Origin: Fibrobacteria bacterium
Lineage (GTDB): Bacteria > Fibrobacterota > Chitinivibrionia > Chitinivibrionales > FEN-1185
Reading direction: 5' to 3'
Length of the DNA: 44,032 bases
Assembly: GCA_037447435.1 (NCBI GenBank)
Contig: JBBIGR010000043.1
Span: 1 to 44,032, forward strand
Shown: positions 18,786 to 28,372 of the stretch, piece after piece
How positions within the stretch are numbered: position 1 is the first letter of the stretch
Layout of the letters: every line of letters starts with the position of its first letter
The notes under the pieces: model-generated
Seen by the model: only the letters and a program-made list of their open reading frames with translations
Told to the model about the DNA's origin: nothing
The model's database searches: none
Program-made: the position numbers and the translations under genes

Positions 18786-19016
18786 TCTTTCCTCCTATTT
18801 TTAAAAATGACAATAACGATATAACTAAAAGCATTTCTTTAAACACGAACATTTCATTCACATTTCTAACCTTTAATGGGACTGCATCTGCTTCATATGG
18901 GAATTTCCTATCTAGGTTGAGGTTTGTTTTTATTTTGTGTTATGTATTGTTCTCAATATTTTGGTTTTTTATTTTGTAATATCCTGAATGCGTGATAAAT
19001 TTTCGTAAATAAATAA

Positions 19017-19033
19017 TGCAAGCGTCGTGCCAA
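19017..19033 (-). promoter_or_regulatory. sigma54 promoter of amtB-glnK
   Basis: Minus strand TTGGCACGACGCTTGCA, near-consensus. Confidence 0.9.
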
Positions 19034-19099
19034 ATCATTCGGTGAGAGTGCGTCTGGGTAAGGAGTATTGTCTTCTTCGTAATTAAAGCTCTAAGCGTG

Positions 19100-19138
19100 A
19101 CATTTTTGTTTAATTTTTTGTAAAAAATACAAAATTGT
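19100..19138. promoter_or_regulatory. Tandem ACA-N4-TGT candidate enhancer boxes
   Basis: ACATTTTTGT 19100-19109 and ACAAAATTGT 19129-19138. Confidence 0.65.
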
Positions 19139-19313
19139 ATTAAAATGTTTTAATTTGTTTAAAGGTAACCCCGGCGGTAATTATAATATGTAAACATATT
19201 GTCCGAACTAATTAACAATACAATTTTCCTCAATATTGTAGTTATTAAAAGGAAAAAGAATAGCTATTCAACCGATATGTAATTTTCGCAGTGCGCAAAA
19301 GATTGGAAACGAA

Positions 19314-19598
19314 TTATGGAAGCAAAAAATGGCCAATATTGGGGGAAGTTGTTTGGTTTTTTTCGGATGAAAGGTTATACCATTTGGTAAGATTATCGCT
19401 CGTATCCGGATTTTGTCTTTTAATTAAGATAAAATCGATATTGTATTTTTTGATTTTATACTGAATTTTGCGTTTGCTAATTCCCAGTAGTTTAGCAGCC
19501 TTGCTTTGATTTCCATGAGTGTCTTTAAGAGTTTTCTCTATAATATTTTTCTCAAAAGAGTTAATAATTTGATCCAAGTTTTTTTGCAATTGTTCCAT
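19314..19598 (-). CDS. Stand-alone Fis-type HTH protein similar to the C-terminus of the upstream activator
   Basis: FEKNIIEKTLKDTHGNQSKAAKLLGISKRKIQYKIKKY; RBS AGGAG upstream. Confidence 0.85.
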   Translation of the reverse strand: MEQLQKNLDQIINSFEKNIIEKTLKDTHGNQSKAAKLLGISKRKIQYKIKKYNIDFILIKRQNPDTSDNLTKWYNLSSEKNQTTSPNIGHFLLP

Positions 19599-19637
19599 AC
19601 TTTTATACTCCTGCGATTGTGAAGAAAAGTATGTAAT

Positions 19638-19653
19638 TGCAATAGACGTGCCA
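19638..19653 (-). promoter_or_regulatory. sigma54 promoter of the mini-HTH gene
   Basis: Minus strand TGGCACGTCTATTGCA. Confidence 0.85.
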
Positions 19654-19665
19654 GATAATAATCCT

Positions 19666-21246
19666 TCAGGTTGTTCCGCGTAACTTACGATAATCTATTC
19701 CATAATTCTGGATTTTATATTGAATAATTCGTTTAGTCGTTCCAAGTATTCGTGCTGCTTCACTTTGGTTGCCTCTAGCATCTTTCAATGCTTCTACAAT
19801 GATTTCCTTTTCATAGGATGCGACCATAGATTCAAAATTTTTTTCACGAACTCCAGACTTATCCAATTCCTTCATTTGTAGTGTTGGAGGTAAATCATGC
19901 CCGTTGATCACATTGCCGCTTGAAACTAAAACCGATCGCTCAATTACATTCTCAAGTTCTCGAACATTTCCTGGCCAATGATACGCGGAAAGCATGTCGA
20001 TTGCAGGGGTAGAAATTCTTTCGATTTTTTTATTATGGGTGCCAGTATATTTTTTTACAAAATAATCAGCAAGTAATAAAACATCGGCACCACGTTCGCG
20101 AAGGGGGGGGAGTAAAATTGTGAATACATTAATCCTATAATATAAATCTTCTCTGAATCTACCTTCTGCAACATCTATTTCAAGGTTCCGATTTGTAGCA
20201 CAAATCAATCGTACATTAACTTTGACTGAATTTGATCCGCCAACACGTTGAATTTCCTTTTCCTGAATAGCTCTTAAAAGCCGTCCTTGAGCCGACAATG
20301 TCATTTCACCAACTTCATCAAGAAATAATGTTCCATTGTCTGCAGCTTCAAACCGTCCAATTCTTTTTGTAAGCGCCCCAGTGAACGATCCTTTTTCGTG
20401 CCCAAACAGCTCGCTTTCCAATAGGGATTCAGGTAAGGCTGCACAATTCACGGGAATAAATGGGCCATGAGAAAAAGGGCTTTTCTTATGAATGGCCTGT
20501 GCAACAAGTTCTTTTCCCGTGCCTGTTTCACCGCGAATAAGAACCGTTGTTGATGAAGGAGCTACTTGAGCTATCTGTCGGTAGACTTCGCGCATCGAAC
20601 CACTATTGCCTACCATTTCATCGGGTTTTCCTTTTTCCTCCAGTGTCTTGCGCAATTCCAAATTTTCTTTTTCAAGAGCTTGAATGCGCTCTTGATGTTT
20701 TCGTCGTGCTACGACAACCTGAGCGATTAAGTCTGCCACTGCTTCTAAAAACTCCAACTCACCATCTAACGTTTTTGCATTATGGACCGCCACCTTGTCG
20801 ACAGATAATGCCCCAACAACTTCATCACCGGATTTAATCGGAACACAAAGGAATGCTAGATCCGTATCCTTGAGATTTTTTCTTGCGCCGGTTTTATCGA
20901 GAAATGTTGGTTCATTATGCAACTTTGGAATTGCAATCGGTCGTCCTGTTGCAACAACCTTACCTGTAATTCCTTCACCCATGCGATATTTGCCACGTTG
21001 TTTACTGCTTTCGGATATCCCTTTGGCAATGTCAACACGTACTTCAGAATTAGTAGGGTTAACAATAGAAATCATGCCCCGCTTCATTCCTGCGTTAAAT
21101 TCTAATATTTCAAGTACGTTTTCCATAACGCCTTCCATAGTGCCGCCCGAATTTAACAGACGGGCAATTCTATACAAGGCAGTAAGCCCGTTGAAACTGA
21201 GATGTGGGTCGATTTCTTTAGAACCGTCTTGAAGTGGTAATGACAT
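19666..21246 (-). CDS. NifA-like sigma54 enhancer-binding protein (GAF-AAA+-HTH)
   Basis: GAF motif [53 protein letters not shown]-terminal Fis HTH. Confidence 0.92.
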   Translation of the reverse strand: MSLPLQDGSKEIDPHLSFNGLTALYRIARLLNSGGTMEGVMENVLEILEFNAGMKRGMISIVNPTNSEVRVDIAKGISESSKQRGKYRMGEGITGKVVATGRPIAIPKLHNEPTFLDKTGARKNLKDTDLAFLCVPIKSGDEVVGALSVDKVAVHNAKTLDGELEFLEAVADLIAQVVVARRKHQERIQALEKENLELRKTLEEKGKPDEMVGNSGSMREVYRQIAQVAPSSTTVLIRGETGTGKELVAQAIHKKSPFSHGPFIPVNCAALPESLLESELFGHEKGSFTGALTKRIGRFEAADNGTLFLDEVGEMTLSAQGRLLRAIQEKEIQRVGGSNSVKVNVRLICATNRNLEIDVAEGRFREDLYYRINVFTILLPPLRERGADVLLLADYFVKKYTGTHNKKIERISTPAIDMLSAYHWPGNVRELENVIERSVLVSSGNVINGHDLPPTLQMKELDKSGVREKNFESMVASYEKEIIVEALKDARGNQSEAARILGTTKRIIQYKIQNYGIDYRKLRGTT

Positions 21247-21326
21247 ATCTCAACCTTTATTTAAATGGAAATTATGAAGTTCATAACGGAAAGGAGATTA
21301 AAATAAAAAATTAAAATAATTAATGG

Positions 21327-21339
21327 CACAAAAATGTAT
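21327..21339. promoter_or_regulatory. ACA-N4-TGT box upstream of the activator gene (possible autoregulation)
   Basis: CACAAAAATGTAT, similar to CACAAAATTGTAT (7338) and TACAAAATTGTAT (19128). Confidence 0.5.
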
Positions 21340-21445
21340 CGCAAATTTAATATGCAAATTTTTGCATCTTGTTAATATTCTAATCTCCCAATATCAATCG
21401 CAACGCAATCGGTCATTTAAACTCGAATTTATTTGTTAAATAATT

Positions 21446-21519
21446 AACTTTAAAGTTCGTAATATTACCTAAACGTATTGACAACTAACCTTAAAGTTGT
21501 TATATTTAACTCTAAAGTC
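21446..21519. promoter_or_regulatory. Three candidate TetR operators overlapping a sigma70 promoter
   Basis: AACTTTAAAGTT 21446, AACCTTAAAGTT 21487, AACTCTAAAGTC 21508; TTGACA(21478)-N17-TATATT(21501). Confidence 0.8.
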
Positions 21520-21547
21520 ATAACGGTGACTAAGGAGTCAGTGTAAA

Positions 21548-22198
21548 ATGGATGCTAAAACTACCAGAGACCAAATTGTTCGTGATGCAAAAAGTACGCT
21601 CATTTTAGATGCGGCGCTAAAGGTTTTTGCTGAAAAGGGATTTCATGAAGCAAGGCTTGATGACATCGCTGCAACTGCTGGATTTTCAAAGGCTTCGTTG
21701 TACAATTATTATGAAGATAAAGAATCAATATTTCTAAATATACTCATTCGAATGCATGAAAAAATTATTGAAACTTTAAAGGCGGGCATACAAAAGGATC
21801 AGAATATTGTAGAAAACCTTTCGTCCATGCTTCGATCGATTTTAAAAATCTATAATGAAAATTTTTCATTTTCAATGACTATTGGTGATTTAAAAAGTAT
21901 GGCCCCTTCAAGTGTTGAAAAGTTCCAAAAGCATCATGAGGCATTAATGCTTCGATTTAAAGACCATAGTGCACAAATGTTAGAATTATCTGTAAATGTA
22001 TTTTCAACAGCCCGTGCCAGGGGTGAAATCAATTCAAGTTTGAGTGATAAAAAATTGTCCGAATTTGTTTCCGCTTTAATACGGAGTGTATTATTCGATT
22101 GCAAAGCAATGGGTAAAATCGACAATGAGGAAATTCTTATAAAAAACGTTATCGAATTCATCACTAATGGTATAGGAATAACTAAAAAACCCGTGTGA
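21548..22198 (+). CDS. TetR/AcrR family regulator
   Basis: ILDAALKVFAEKGF..IAATAGFSKASLYNYY. Confidence 0.93.
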   Translation: MDAKTTRDQIVRDAKSTLILDAALKVFAEKGFHEARLDDIAATAGFSKASLYNYYEDKESIFLNILIRMHEKIIETLKAGIQKDQNIVENLSSMLRSILKIYNENFSFSMTIGDLKSMAPSSVEKFQKHHEALMLRFKDHSAQMLELSVNVFSTARARGEINSSLSDKKLSEFVSALIRSVLFDCKAMGKIDNEEILIKNVIEFITNGIGITKKPV

Positions 22199-22398
22199 GG
22201 ATTTTCACCAAAAATGATTAAAAAGAGAAACTTGGAACGAATTTAAACTTGAAAAACAACCGATCGTGATGACTGTGACTTGTTAAATATCAAATAGTTA
22301 TAATTGCTAATAGCTAATGGCATTCCTTTTGCAAAGTATTATTACCTTATGAAAACAAAAAAAATGAAAAGCAAAATATGATAAACTGGAGAAAAAGT

Positions 22399-23832
22399 AT
22401 GAATTTAAAACGTATGGCTATTCTTGCATTGGGAATCTCAATCCCGTTTTTGACTCCGGCATTTGCAGAAACTTTAACTCTTGAACAAGTCATTAAAGAA
22501 GTTTGCACCAATAGCGATTCAGTAAAAATGATGAAAGAATCCATTATTAAAGGCGATCAGATGGTTCGGGAAAAATGGGCAAATGCTTTACCAAATATTT
22601 CTGCGACAGGTGCAGCAATTCATAATTATGGATCTGCATTTGGCAGCAGCAGTAGTTCCGGGTCTTCCAGAAGTTTGTCAAAAACGACTGCTCAGCCAAA
22701 TTCAAGCGATCCTGTAACATATGGCGATTTACCGAATGTTATTCAGAATTTAATGAGCTCAATTGATTTTTCATCACCGACCCATTCCAATATTTATACC
22801 GCTGGTATTTCCTTTAATCAGCCAATCTATACCTTTGGGAAAATTGGTACAGCCATTGACGTTGCCAACCATTTCAATGAATCTACTAAAAATTCTTATA
22901 CACGAAATATGCAGACATTACAATTAGGCGCACTTGATATGTTTTTCAGGACAATGATGGCAGAAAAAGCAGCGAGTATTTCCGAGAGATCGTTAGAACG
23001 AAAAAAAGAACTTAATAGTTTTTTAGAGCGTAATTTTCAAAACGGATCCGGGAGCAAAGCACAGGTTCTAAAAACAAAAGCCGACGTTGCCGACCAGGTA
23101 GCGCAAACAATAGTTGCTAAAAGAGACTCAAAGGTCGTTCGTATGAATTTGAACGCGATGATGGGCCGATCTCTTGTCGATTCGACGGCATTGGACACTA
23201 TTGCTTTTTTTGATAAATTGATGACCATGAAAATACCAGTACCTGAGGAGGCGATTAAAAACTCTCTTGATAATCGTGCAGATATTAAGTCCATCAAATT
23301 GCTTGCGGAAACCAATAAAGGCGGAGCAAAAATATTCAGTGCCATGTATTTACCTTCGATTGCAGCGACCGGTTCGGCTGGATATACCAAAATGCAATCC
23401 GATTCCAAATTAATAGGCACGTCCTCAAATCCGAGTTGGTCATTAGGTCTGGGTGCACAATGGACGCTTTTTGACGGCTTTTCAAACAGTGCCAAGGCTG
23501 CGCAATATGCAAGTGACGGACGTAAACTTGATGTCGTCGCGTCAACCATGGAAAAAATGGTGGAAATCGAAATCCGATCAGCCGTTCTCGAATGTTCCGC
23601 TGCCGACAGCAATATTGTTGCTTCCCGTGAAATGTATAAAGCCGCTCAAGAAAGTTATGGCTTAACAAACAATAACTTCAAGCAAGGAAGCGGACAATTT
23701 GCCGATTTGCAGCTTGCCGATGAACTTTTGCAACAGGCGGAACTCGGGCTGACTAATGCGCAATATCGTTTGGTTCGGAGTCGTGCTGCGCTGCAAATTG
23801 CAATGGGTAATCCGATCATAACCATTAAATAA
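22399..23832 (+). CDS. TolC family outer membrane efflux protein
   Basis: Signal peptide, QPIYTFGK, YLPSI, WTLFDG; context. Confidence 0.9.
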   Translation: MNLKRMAILALGISIPFLTPAFAETLTLEQVIKEVCTNSDSVKMMKESIIKGDQMVREKWANALPNISATGAAIHNYGSAFGSSSSSGSSRSLSKTTAQPNSSDPVTYGDLPNVIQNLMSSIDFSSPTHSNIYTAGISFNQPIYTFGKIGTAIDVANHFNESTKNSYTRNMQTLQLGALDMFFRTMMAEKAASISERSLERKKELNSFLERNFQNGSGSKAQVLKTKADVADQVAQTIVAKRDSKVVRMNLNAMMGRSLVDSTALDTIAFFDKLMTMKIPVPEEAIKNSLDNRADIKSIKLLAETNKGGAKIFSAMYLPSIAATGSAGYTKMQSDSKLIGTSSNPSWSLGLGAQWTLFDGFSNSAKAAQYASDGRKLDVVASTMEKMVEIEIRSAVLECSAADSNIVASREMYKAAQESYGLTNNNFKQGSGQFADLQLADELLQQAELGLTNAQYRLVRSRAALQIAMGNPIITIK

Positions 23833-23855
23833 GAAAAATATACACAGGAGGAATC

Positions 23856-24926
23856 ATGAAAAAGGTCTGGAAAAAATCGCTTGTGGGGATTGCGGCGGTT
23901 TCGCTCTCCCTAGTCGTAGCTTTGGCCGCAGGCGGCTGCGGTTCCGAAGGAAAGAAAAAGGCTGTCGCCGAAATAAAAAAATCCGCCGATTCTGCAGTTG
24001 TCAAAGTGGTTGTCACGGAAGTTAAAGAATGCGCTTTTGAGGATTGGGGAAGTTTTTCCGCGGATCTGCGCGGAATCGAAGACGCAAACCTGATCGCTCC
24101 ATCCCAAGGCGGCCGCGTAAATCTCGTCAAACCGGTTGGTACGAAGGTCAAAGCAGGTGAGGCCTTATGCGATATCGACGGTGAAAAATATGAAGCGGCT
24201 CTTGAAGCAGCAAAGGCGCAGGTCGAGGTTACCAAAGGCGATTTGGAACGTGCAAAATCCAATGTGGAGAACGGTTCCGTTGGTCGCTCTGCAATCGATG
24301 CGGCGAATTTGGCGTATCAGAATGCCAAAATGTTGCTGGCGAATGCGCAACGAGCCGATGAAGATTGCCATTGCCAGGCACCTTTCGACGGTATACTCGT
24401 GAGCCGCAATATCGAAAAATATCAGACCGTTGCGCCGGGCGCACAAACGGTCCGCTTGTCGCGACTCGACCAGCTCGAAGCGGTCATTGCCATTCCCGAA
24501 ACCGAAGCATTCAGTTATCAGGAAGGTATGAAAACCGATTTCCGCTTATTGCAGAATCCCGACCGTGTTTTCGAAGGCCGATTGTCGAGCCTGGATCGAG
24601 CGGTAGACTCGCGTTCAAGAACCGTGCTGGCGAGAATCATCGTCACGAACCGCGACGGGTTGCTCAAGCCGGGTATGGTTGGTAAAGCGAATATCCTTCG
24701 GAGAAAATATACCAAAGCAATTGTTGTTCCGTCAACTGCGCTTTTACGATTGCAAAACGGAATTTCGGCAATGGTCGTGGAAAACGGTCTCGCTCATCAG
24801 CGTACGCTGAAAATCGGGGCAACCGGTACAGACAGCACGTTGATTACCGACGGCCTAAAGCAAGGCGATAATCTTATCGTGACCGGGGCATTCCAGGTCA
24901 GCGAAGGAACAAAGGTAAGTTTTTAA
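23856..24926 (+). CDS. RND periplasmic adaptor (MFP)
   Basis: APFDG, LKPGM, IVVPSTAL, GLKQGD. Confidence 0.92.
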   Translation: MKKVWKKSLVGIAAVSLSLVVALAAGGCGSEGKKKAVAEIKKSADSAVVKVVVTEVKECAFEDWGSFSADLRGIEDANLIAPSQGGRVNLVKPVGTKVKAGEALCDIDGEKYEAALEAAKAQVEVTKGDLERAKSNVENGSVGRSAIDAANLAYQNAKMLLANAQRADEDCHCQAPFDGILVSRNIEKYQTVAPGAQTVRLSRLDQLEAVIAIPETEAFSYQEGMKTDFRLLQNPDRVFEGRLSSLDRAVDSRSRTVLARIIVTNRDGLLKPGMVGKANILRRKYTKAIVVPSTALLRLQNGISAMVVENGLAHQRTLKIGATGTDSTLITDGLKQGDNLIVTGAFQVSEGTKVSF

Positions 24927-24997
24927 TTTGACGTTTGCGATTTAAATATTCCCCTCATCCCGCCGGCGAAATGCCTGTGTGGAAAGTGGGGGGGCCC

Positions 24998-25025
24998 TAG
25001 GTTGGGCGACGTGAACCCAGCCTAC
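24998..25025 (-). repeat. GTAG-type REP-like palindrome
   Basis: Minus strand GTAGGCTGGGTTCACGTCGCCCAACCTA. Confidence 0.55.
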
Positions 25026-25052
25026 TTTGAATGAATTCAAGGAGAAATCAAC

Positions 25053-28000
25053 ATGACAAAGTTTGCCCTTAAAAACCCGGTCTCGGTCATTGTTTTGGCC
25101 GTCATATTATTTATTACCGGGCTCACAAGCTTTACCGGAATGCGGCGGGAGTCTTTTCCTGAAATCAAGATCCCGTATATTTTCGTCACGACATTGTATC
25201 CGGGCGCCAATCCGCCCGAAATCGAAAATCTCATTACCCAAAAAATCGAAGACAAGCTCGACGGTATAGACGGTGTCAAGACCATGACCAGTTCGAGTAA
25301 CGAGAGTTATTCGAACATATTTTTGGAATTCGATCCGTCGGTCAAGGTCGAAGACGCGCTTCGCCGGGTCAAAGACAAGGTCGATCAGGCTCGGGGCGAT
25401 CTGCCGACCGATGCCGAAGATCCGATTTGTCAGGAATTGAATTTTAACACCATTCCCATTGCGAACATCGCTTTGTACGCGGACTACGATCTCGAACGCC
25501 TCGAAACACTGGCCGATAATTTAAAAGACAAAATGGCCAAAATACCGGGAGTTCTGGAGGCGAAGGTATTGGGAAAACAGGACAAGGAAATAGCCGTCGA
25601 CGTCGATCCGGCTCTGCTTCGTCAATATGGGTTGACGTTGCACGATATTTCGCAGGCAATATCCACGCAGCATGTGAACATCCCCGGCGGTACCATGAAA
25701 ACCTCCGGATTCAGATTTTCGGTGAAAGTAACTGGCGAACTTTCCGACCCGCAATTGTTCAACGATCTCATAGTGCGTTCCCTTAACGACAAAATGATCA
25801 GAATAAAGGACGTTGCAAAAGTATCCTTTACCTATACTCGCGACCGGCAGTCGATTTCCCGCACCAATGGCAAACCGTCGCTGACCTTGACCGTTGCGAA
25901 ACGCACCGGCGAAGACATCGTCCGTATCGTCGAAGAAGCGAAGAAAATAATCGAAGACGAACGGCCGCATTGGCCTTCCGGCACGCATTGCGAAATCACT
26001 TTCGATATGTCGAAAAATATCAAGGAAATGGTAGACGAATTGCAAAACCATTTACTCATGGGTATAATGCTCGTTTTGCTCGTGCTGAGCTTTTTCCTCG
26101 GCGTCCGCAATTCGATGTTCATTTCAACGGCAATACCGTTCTCGATGGCAATGGGCTTTATCGTGCTCAGCTATATGGGCGTTACCCTCAACATGGTCGT
26201 GCTCTTTTCTCTTGTTATGGCGCTCGGTATGCTCGTCGACGACGGCATCGTGGTCGTCGAAAATATTTATCGCCATTTACAAATGGGTAAAGGCCGCTTC
26301 CAGGCCGCGCTCGACGGTACCAAAGAAGTCATGGTGCCCGTGTTTACGGCGACGCTTACGACCGTTGCGGCGTTTGCTCCCGTTCTTTGGATGCCGGGCA
26401 TTATGGGCGAATTCATGAAATATCTCCCTATAACCGTGGGAATAACGCTTTCCGGATCGCTTTTCGTTGCATTCGTGTTTAATCCTGTTTTCGCATCCCT
26501 GACAATGACCGCAAAGGATGTCAGCAAAATGGATGGCGAATCAAAAGGATGGTTTGAAAATTTCAAAGATCTGTATCGCAAATCCCTGCAGCGTGCGCTC
26601 AATCATCCGATTTTACTTGCGCTGTTGTGCATCGCATTCGTGATTTCCGGGATAATGGCGTATGGGAAATTCGGGCCCGGCGTCGTCTTTTTTCCCATCA
26701 GCGAACCGGACGTGGCTTCGGTACAAATCGAAGGCCCCTTGTCGCAAGACATTTCGATTACCGATGCTACTTTGTCTATTCCGGAAAAAATATCTTTGGC
26801 AATGTCCAAGGATATCGCATCGGTCAAAACCGTTAATACGATAGTAGGATCCGGAAAAGGAAACCGTTTCGGCGGCGGACAATCCGAATCAAACAAGGGG
26901 TATTTGGATCTGGTATTCGACGACTTTGAGGAACGCACCGTACCTGCGCATACGACAATGAAATGGCTTGAAGATACGTTGCCGAGCCTTGTTCCGGGCG
27001 TAAAGCTCCAGGTTATTAAGCAGCAAAACGGACCGCCGACGGGCAAACCAATCGAACTCGAAGTCACCGGCGACGATTATGCGCAGCTCAGCGTGCTTGC
27101 CGATTCCTTGAAACAAATACTTAAAAAAATTCCGGGGTTGACAAATGTCACACATGATTACGATCCGGCTCGTCCCGAAATCCGAGTCAACGTCGACCGT
27201 GAACAGGCGAAGCGAATGGGGCTGTCCACCTTGGATGTCGCCTCTGCGGTTCGCGGTGCGATTTACGGAAACGAAGCAGGGAAGTTCCGTGTCGGGAAAG
27301 ACGAATATAAAATCATGGTCCGTCTTAACCCCGATGTCCGTGAAAATTTAAACGGCCTCAACCAGATCGTCGTGTCCAAAGAAGGCAAAGAGGCACCGCT
27401 TACCAGTTTGGCTCTCATCAGCCAGGGGGCGAACATCGCATCGATCAAACATGTCGACGGTAAACGTACCATACAAGTGACTGCGGAACTTGCGCCCGGC
27501 CAAAAAGACGAGCGTAAACCAAAATCGCTCGCTATGGCTGCAATTAAAAAACTCGTTCCGCCGATGGGATATACGATAAATCCGGGAAGCGGCAACAGAA
27601 TGCAGGCGGATTCGCAACAATTCCTCGTCAAGGCGTTTTTCATAGCGATGAGTCTGGTTTTCCTGACCATGGTTTTCCAGTTCAACTCGCTGTTCCAACC
27701 GTTTTTGATTTTGTTTGGAATATTGCTGTCGTTGGGAGGGGTGTTCTGGGGGCTTTTAATCACCAATCAATTTAGTGCGGTTGTCAATATGCTTACCGGC
27801 GGAAAAGCGAACATGGGCGGTGTGACGTTTGCAATTCTCATGAGCGGTGTCGGAATCATCGCACTTGCCGGTGTTGTCGCCAAAAACGGCATCGTACTTA
27901 TCGATTACATGAATCGCCTGCGGAGAGAAGGAAAACCGTTACGCGACGCGGTTATCGAAGGCGGCGCAACGCGTTTACGCCCCGTTCTTTTAACGGCGAT

Positions 28001-28238
28001 AACGGCAATGATCGGTTTATTGCCTATTGCAACCGGGGTCGGTATCGATTTCCTTCATTTCGGAATTGTCACCAAATCATCGTCCACCCAATGGTGGGCG
28101 CCAATGGCCTGGGCAATTTTCTGGGGATTGCTTTTCAACACGCTTTTGGTTCTTATCGTGACACCGACGTTTTATTATGCCTGGGAAAATTTTAAGGCAA
28201 AACGCAAGGCAAAGAAACTGTCAAAAGCAACCGTGTAG
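25053..28238 (+). CDS. RND efflux permease (AcrB/AcrD/AcrF family)
   Basis: YPGANP, GMLVDDGIVVVENI, KNGIVLID, RLRPVLLT. Confidence 0.95.
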   Translation: MTKFALKNPVSVIVLAVILFITGLTSFTGMRRESFPEIKIPYIFVTTLYPGANPPEIENLITQKIEDKLDGIDGVKTMTSSSNESYSNIFLEFDPSVKVEDALRRVKDKVDQARGDLPTDAEDPICQELNFNTIPIANIALYADYDLERLETLADNLKDKMAKIPGVLEAKVLGKQDKEIAVDVDPALLRQYGLTLHDISQAISTQHVNIPGGTMKTSGFRFSVKVTGELSDPQLFNDLIVRSLNDKMIRIKDVAKVSFTYTRDRQSISRTNGKPSLTLTVAKRTGEDIVRIVEEAKKIIEDERPHWPSGTHCEITFDMSKNIKEMVDELQNHLLMGIMLVLLVLSFFLGVRNSMFISTAIPFSMAMGFIVLSYMGVTLNMVVLFSLVMALGMLVDDGIVVVENIYRHLQMGKGRFQAALDGTKEVMVPVFTATLTTVAAFAPVLWMPGIMGEFMKYLPITVGITLSGSLFVAFVFNPVFASLTMTAKDVSKMDGESKGWFENFKDLYRKSLQRALNHPILLALLCIAFVISGIMAYGKFGPGVVFFPISEPDVASVQIEGPLSQDISITDATLSIPEKISLAMSKDIASVKTVNTIVGSGKGNRFGGGQSESNKGYLDLVFDDFEERTVPAHTTMKWLEDTLPSLVPGVKLQVIKQQNGPPTGKPIELEVTGDDYAQLSVLADSLKQILKKIPGLTNVTHDYDPARPEIRVNVDREQAKRMGLSTLDVASAVRGAIYGNEAGKFRVGKDEYKIMVRLNPDVRENLNGLNQIVVSKEGKEAPLTSLALISQGANIASIKHVDGKRTIQVTAELAPGQKDERKPKSLAMAAIKKLVPPMGYTINPGSGNRMQADSQQFLVKAFFIAMSLVFLTMVFQFNSLFQPFLILFGILLSLGGVFWGLLITNQFSAVVNMLTGGKANMGGVTFAILMSGVGIIALAGVVAKNGIVLIDYMNRLRREGKPLRDAVIEGGATRLRPVLLTAITAMIGLLPIATGVGIDFLHFGIVTKSSSTQWWAPMAWAIFWGLLFNTLLVLIVTPTFYYAWENFKAKRKAKKLSKATV

Positions 28239-28257
28239 TAAAAGAAACCGTTTTAGT

Positions 28258-28301
28258 TACAATAAGAAAGGGCGACCATCCGGTCGCCCTTTCTTATTGT
28301 A
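28258..28301 (+). terminator. Intrinsic terminator, 20-bp perfect stem
   Basis: TACAATAAGAAAGGGCGACC-ATCC-GGTCGCCCTTTCTTATTGTA. Confidence 0.85.
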
Positions 28302-28372
28302 TATTTACATGAGGACTCTTTAAAGGCAAATAGAGGATTTATATACACGAAAAGGATTTCTCCGGAAAGGGA

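Noticed and set aside
19666..21246. Calling the activator nifA and inferring nitrogen fixation
   Set aside because: No nif structural genes in the window, and I noticed no TGT-N10-ACA sites at the candidate target promoters
21324..21342. TGGCAC as a sigma54 promoter
   Set aside because: No GC at the -12 position; treated as an ACA-N4-TGT box instead
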